Shown here one piece after another: positions 62,772 through 64,000 of a stretch of DNA of 64,000 bases (its first letter is position 1; each line of letters starts with the position of its first letter). Under the pieces are notes generated by a model that saw nothing but the letters and a program-made list of their open reading frames with translations, had not been told where the DNA came from and searched no databases. A program made the translations under genes and the position numbers. Source of the stretch: Candidatus Poribacteria bacterium (GTDB lineage: Bacteria; Poribacteria; WGA-4E; WGA-3G); contig OZ240248.1 in the NCBI GenBank assembly GCA_965198235.1, positions 1,280,001-1,344,000 on the forward strand, in the 5' to 3' direction.

Positions 62772-63149
62772 TTAGAGAAAAAAACTTTTAATAAGGGCAG
62801 CAAGGGCAATGACAGTTGGGGTGATCCACGCCGCATGCTTCCACAAGCGGACGGCAAACTCACGCTGCCCGCGCTGAAACGTGACAAGTTCCAACACTCT
62901 ATCGAGTTTCGTTTCCATACGATCCATGCGCGTTTCAAGGCGGTCCTGGCGTTTCTCTAGTGATGCGAATCGGCTATCTATTGCCTCAAACCGGGTATCT
63001 ATTGCCTCAAACCGCTGAGCTATCATCTTATCCTGTGCCTCAAACCGCTGAGACATAATCCTATCTTGTGTCTCAAACCGCTGCGCTATCATCTTATCCT
63101 GTGCCGCAAACCGCTGAGACATAATCTCTTGAAGCTCTTGGACTGTCAT
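62772..63149 (-). CDS. Coiled-coil repeat protein with a C-terminal membrane helix
   Basis: 11-aa repeats QRFEAQDKMIA (33-bp DNA repeats), then 7-aa RFEAIDT repeats and a hydrophobic tail. Confidence 0.7.
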   Translation of the reverse strand: MTVQELQEIMSQRFAAQDKMIAQRFETQDRIMSQRFEAQDKMIAQRFEAIDTRFEAIDSRFASLEKRQDRLETRMDRMETKLDRVLELVTFQRGQREFAVRLWKHAAWITPTVIALAALIKSFFL

Positions 63150-63175
63150 GAGAAATCCCCAATATCCTTCGCGCC

Positions 63176-64000
63176 CTATTTAACCTTCGCACTAAACCCG
63201 GTCCCTTTCACGATGTTCGCGAGATCGTCCGCGGTGGCGGTGTTCTTTCGGACTTTAATGACGGCTTGGTCGGGGAGAGAAACCTCAACGCTGATAACGC
63301 TTTGGTGTTGTGTAAGTGCATCCTGCACCTTGGCGACACACGCCCCTCACGTCATGCCTGTCACTACCAGCGCGACATCCTCGCTTCCCGCGGGTTCGAT
63401 CGGGACGGACATAAAGGCATTCAGTAGCTTACCGGTGGCGGTATCAAATATCCGAATCTTTCCGTCAAAGCCGCCTGTGGCGAGCTCTGTGCCGTTGGGA
63501 TGGAACGAGACCGCGAAAACACCAACTGCATCGCCTTGCATGCTTGCTAAACGCTTCCCGTTTTCCACGTTGTAGATACGGGCTTCACCGCCTCCGCTGC
63601 CAATAGCAAACCGACTGCCGTCTGCTGAAAACGCAACCCCTTCAATTGAACCCGACTGTGCTTCATACGCCTGGATGAGGTTGAAATCTGTGTTACCTAC
63701 ATCTCTCCGTATTTCGCGAAAGATTTTGTAGAGCCGCGGGATCCGATCTTCGCCAGCACTCAAAACCTGATCTTTGGTCGGGTGCCGTGCGATGGTGTTG
63801 ATTTCCCCATAACCCTTGTTACTGGAGTTGATGTCGTCAACAAAAGAGCCTGTATCTACCTCAACCAATTTGAGGGCAGTGTCGCGCCCACAACTCACGA
63901 AATGCGTGCCATCGGTGGAGAAAATCGTACCAAAAACCCAGTCACTGTGATTGTCGAATTTAATCAATTCTTTCTCGTCTTCAACCGATAGGACGCGTAC
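63176..64000 (-). CDS. WD40-repeat protein (5' partial) with a C-terminal HMA domain reached through an in-frame UGA at 63347-63349; probable selenoprotein
   Basis: WD40 units HSDWVF...FS.DG; ...LVVTGMT-[TGA]-GACVAKVQDAL...GFSAKVK-TAG; hairpin 17-33 nt after the UGA. Confidence 0.8.

Noticed and set aside
63066-63575. 169-aa plus-strand ORF
   Set aside because: Antisense shadow of the WD40-HMA and coiled-coil genes; most other short overlapping ORFs in the track were dismissed for the same reason.

Overview
Bacterial chromosome-like window. Gene content (LamG and other secreted proteins ending in a 'KL..TWG.LK'-type tail, several PhyH dioxygenases and sulfatases, a DUF1501/DUF1549 cluster, dense intergenic repeats) resembles Candidatus Poribacteria; this assignment is inference. 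Bases ~1.4-15.9 kb form an AT-richer defence island bracketed by IS630 and IS701 elements. The island holds a double CBASS operon on the minus strand: CD-NTase 1 (split by an IS3 element with a 3-bp target duplication), E2/SEC-C protein, HNH-SAVED, patatin, CD-NTase 2, second E2/SEC-C protein, HExxH peptidase. A divergent single-ORF fusion of a Deinococcus-like DdrO repressor and IrrE/PprI protease faces this operon. The island also carries a type IIG-like R-M gene, a MazF-type toxin-antitoxin pair and a truncated Rep_3 initiator with iterons, suggesting an integrated plasmid remnant. The rest is mostly metabolic and transport backbone (aapJQMP-like ABC transporter, ogt, tgt, sulfatases, an archaeal-type pantoate kinase). 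At the right end, a WD40 gene reads through an in-frame UGA into a heavy-metal-associated domain (GMT-UGA-GAC, with a SECIS-like hairpin): a probable unannotated selenoprotein. No rRNA, tRNA or CRISPR array was seen.
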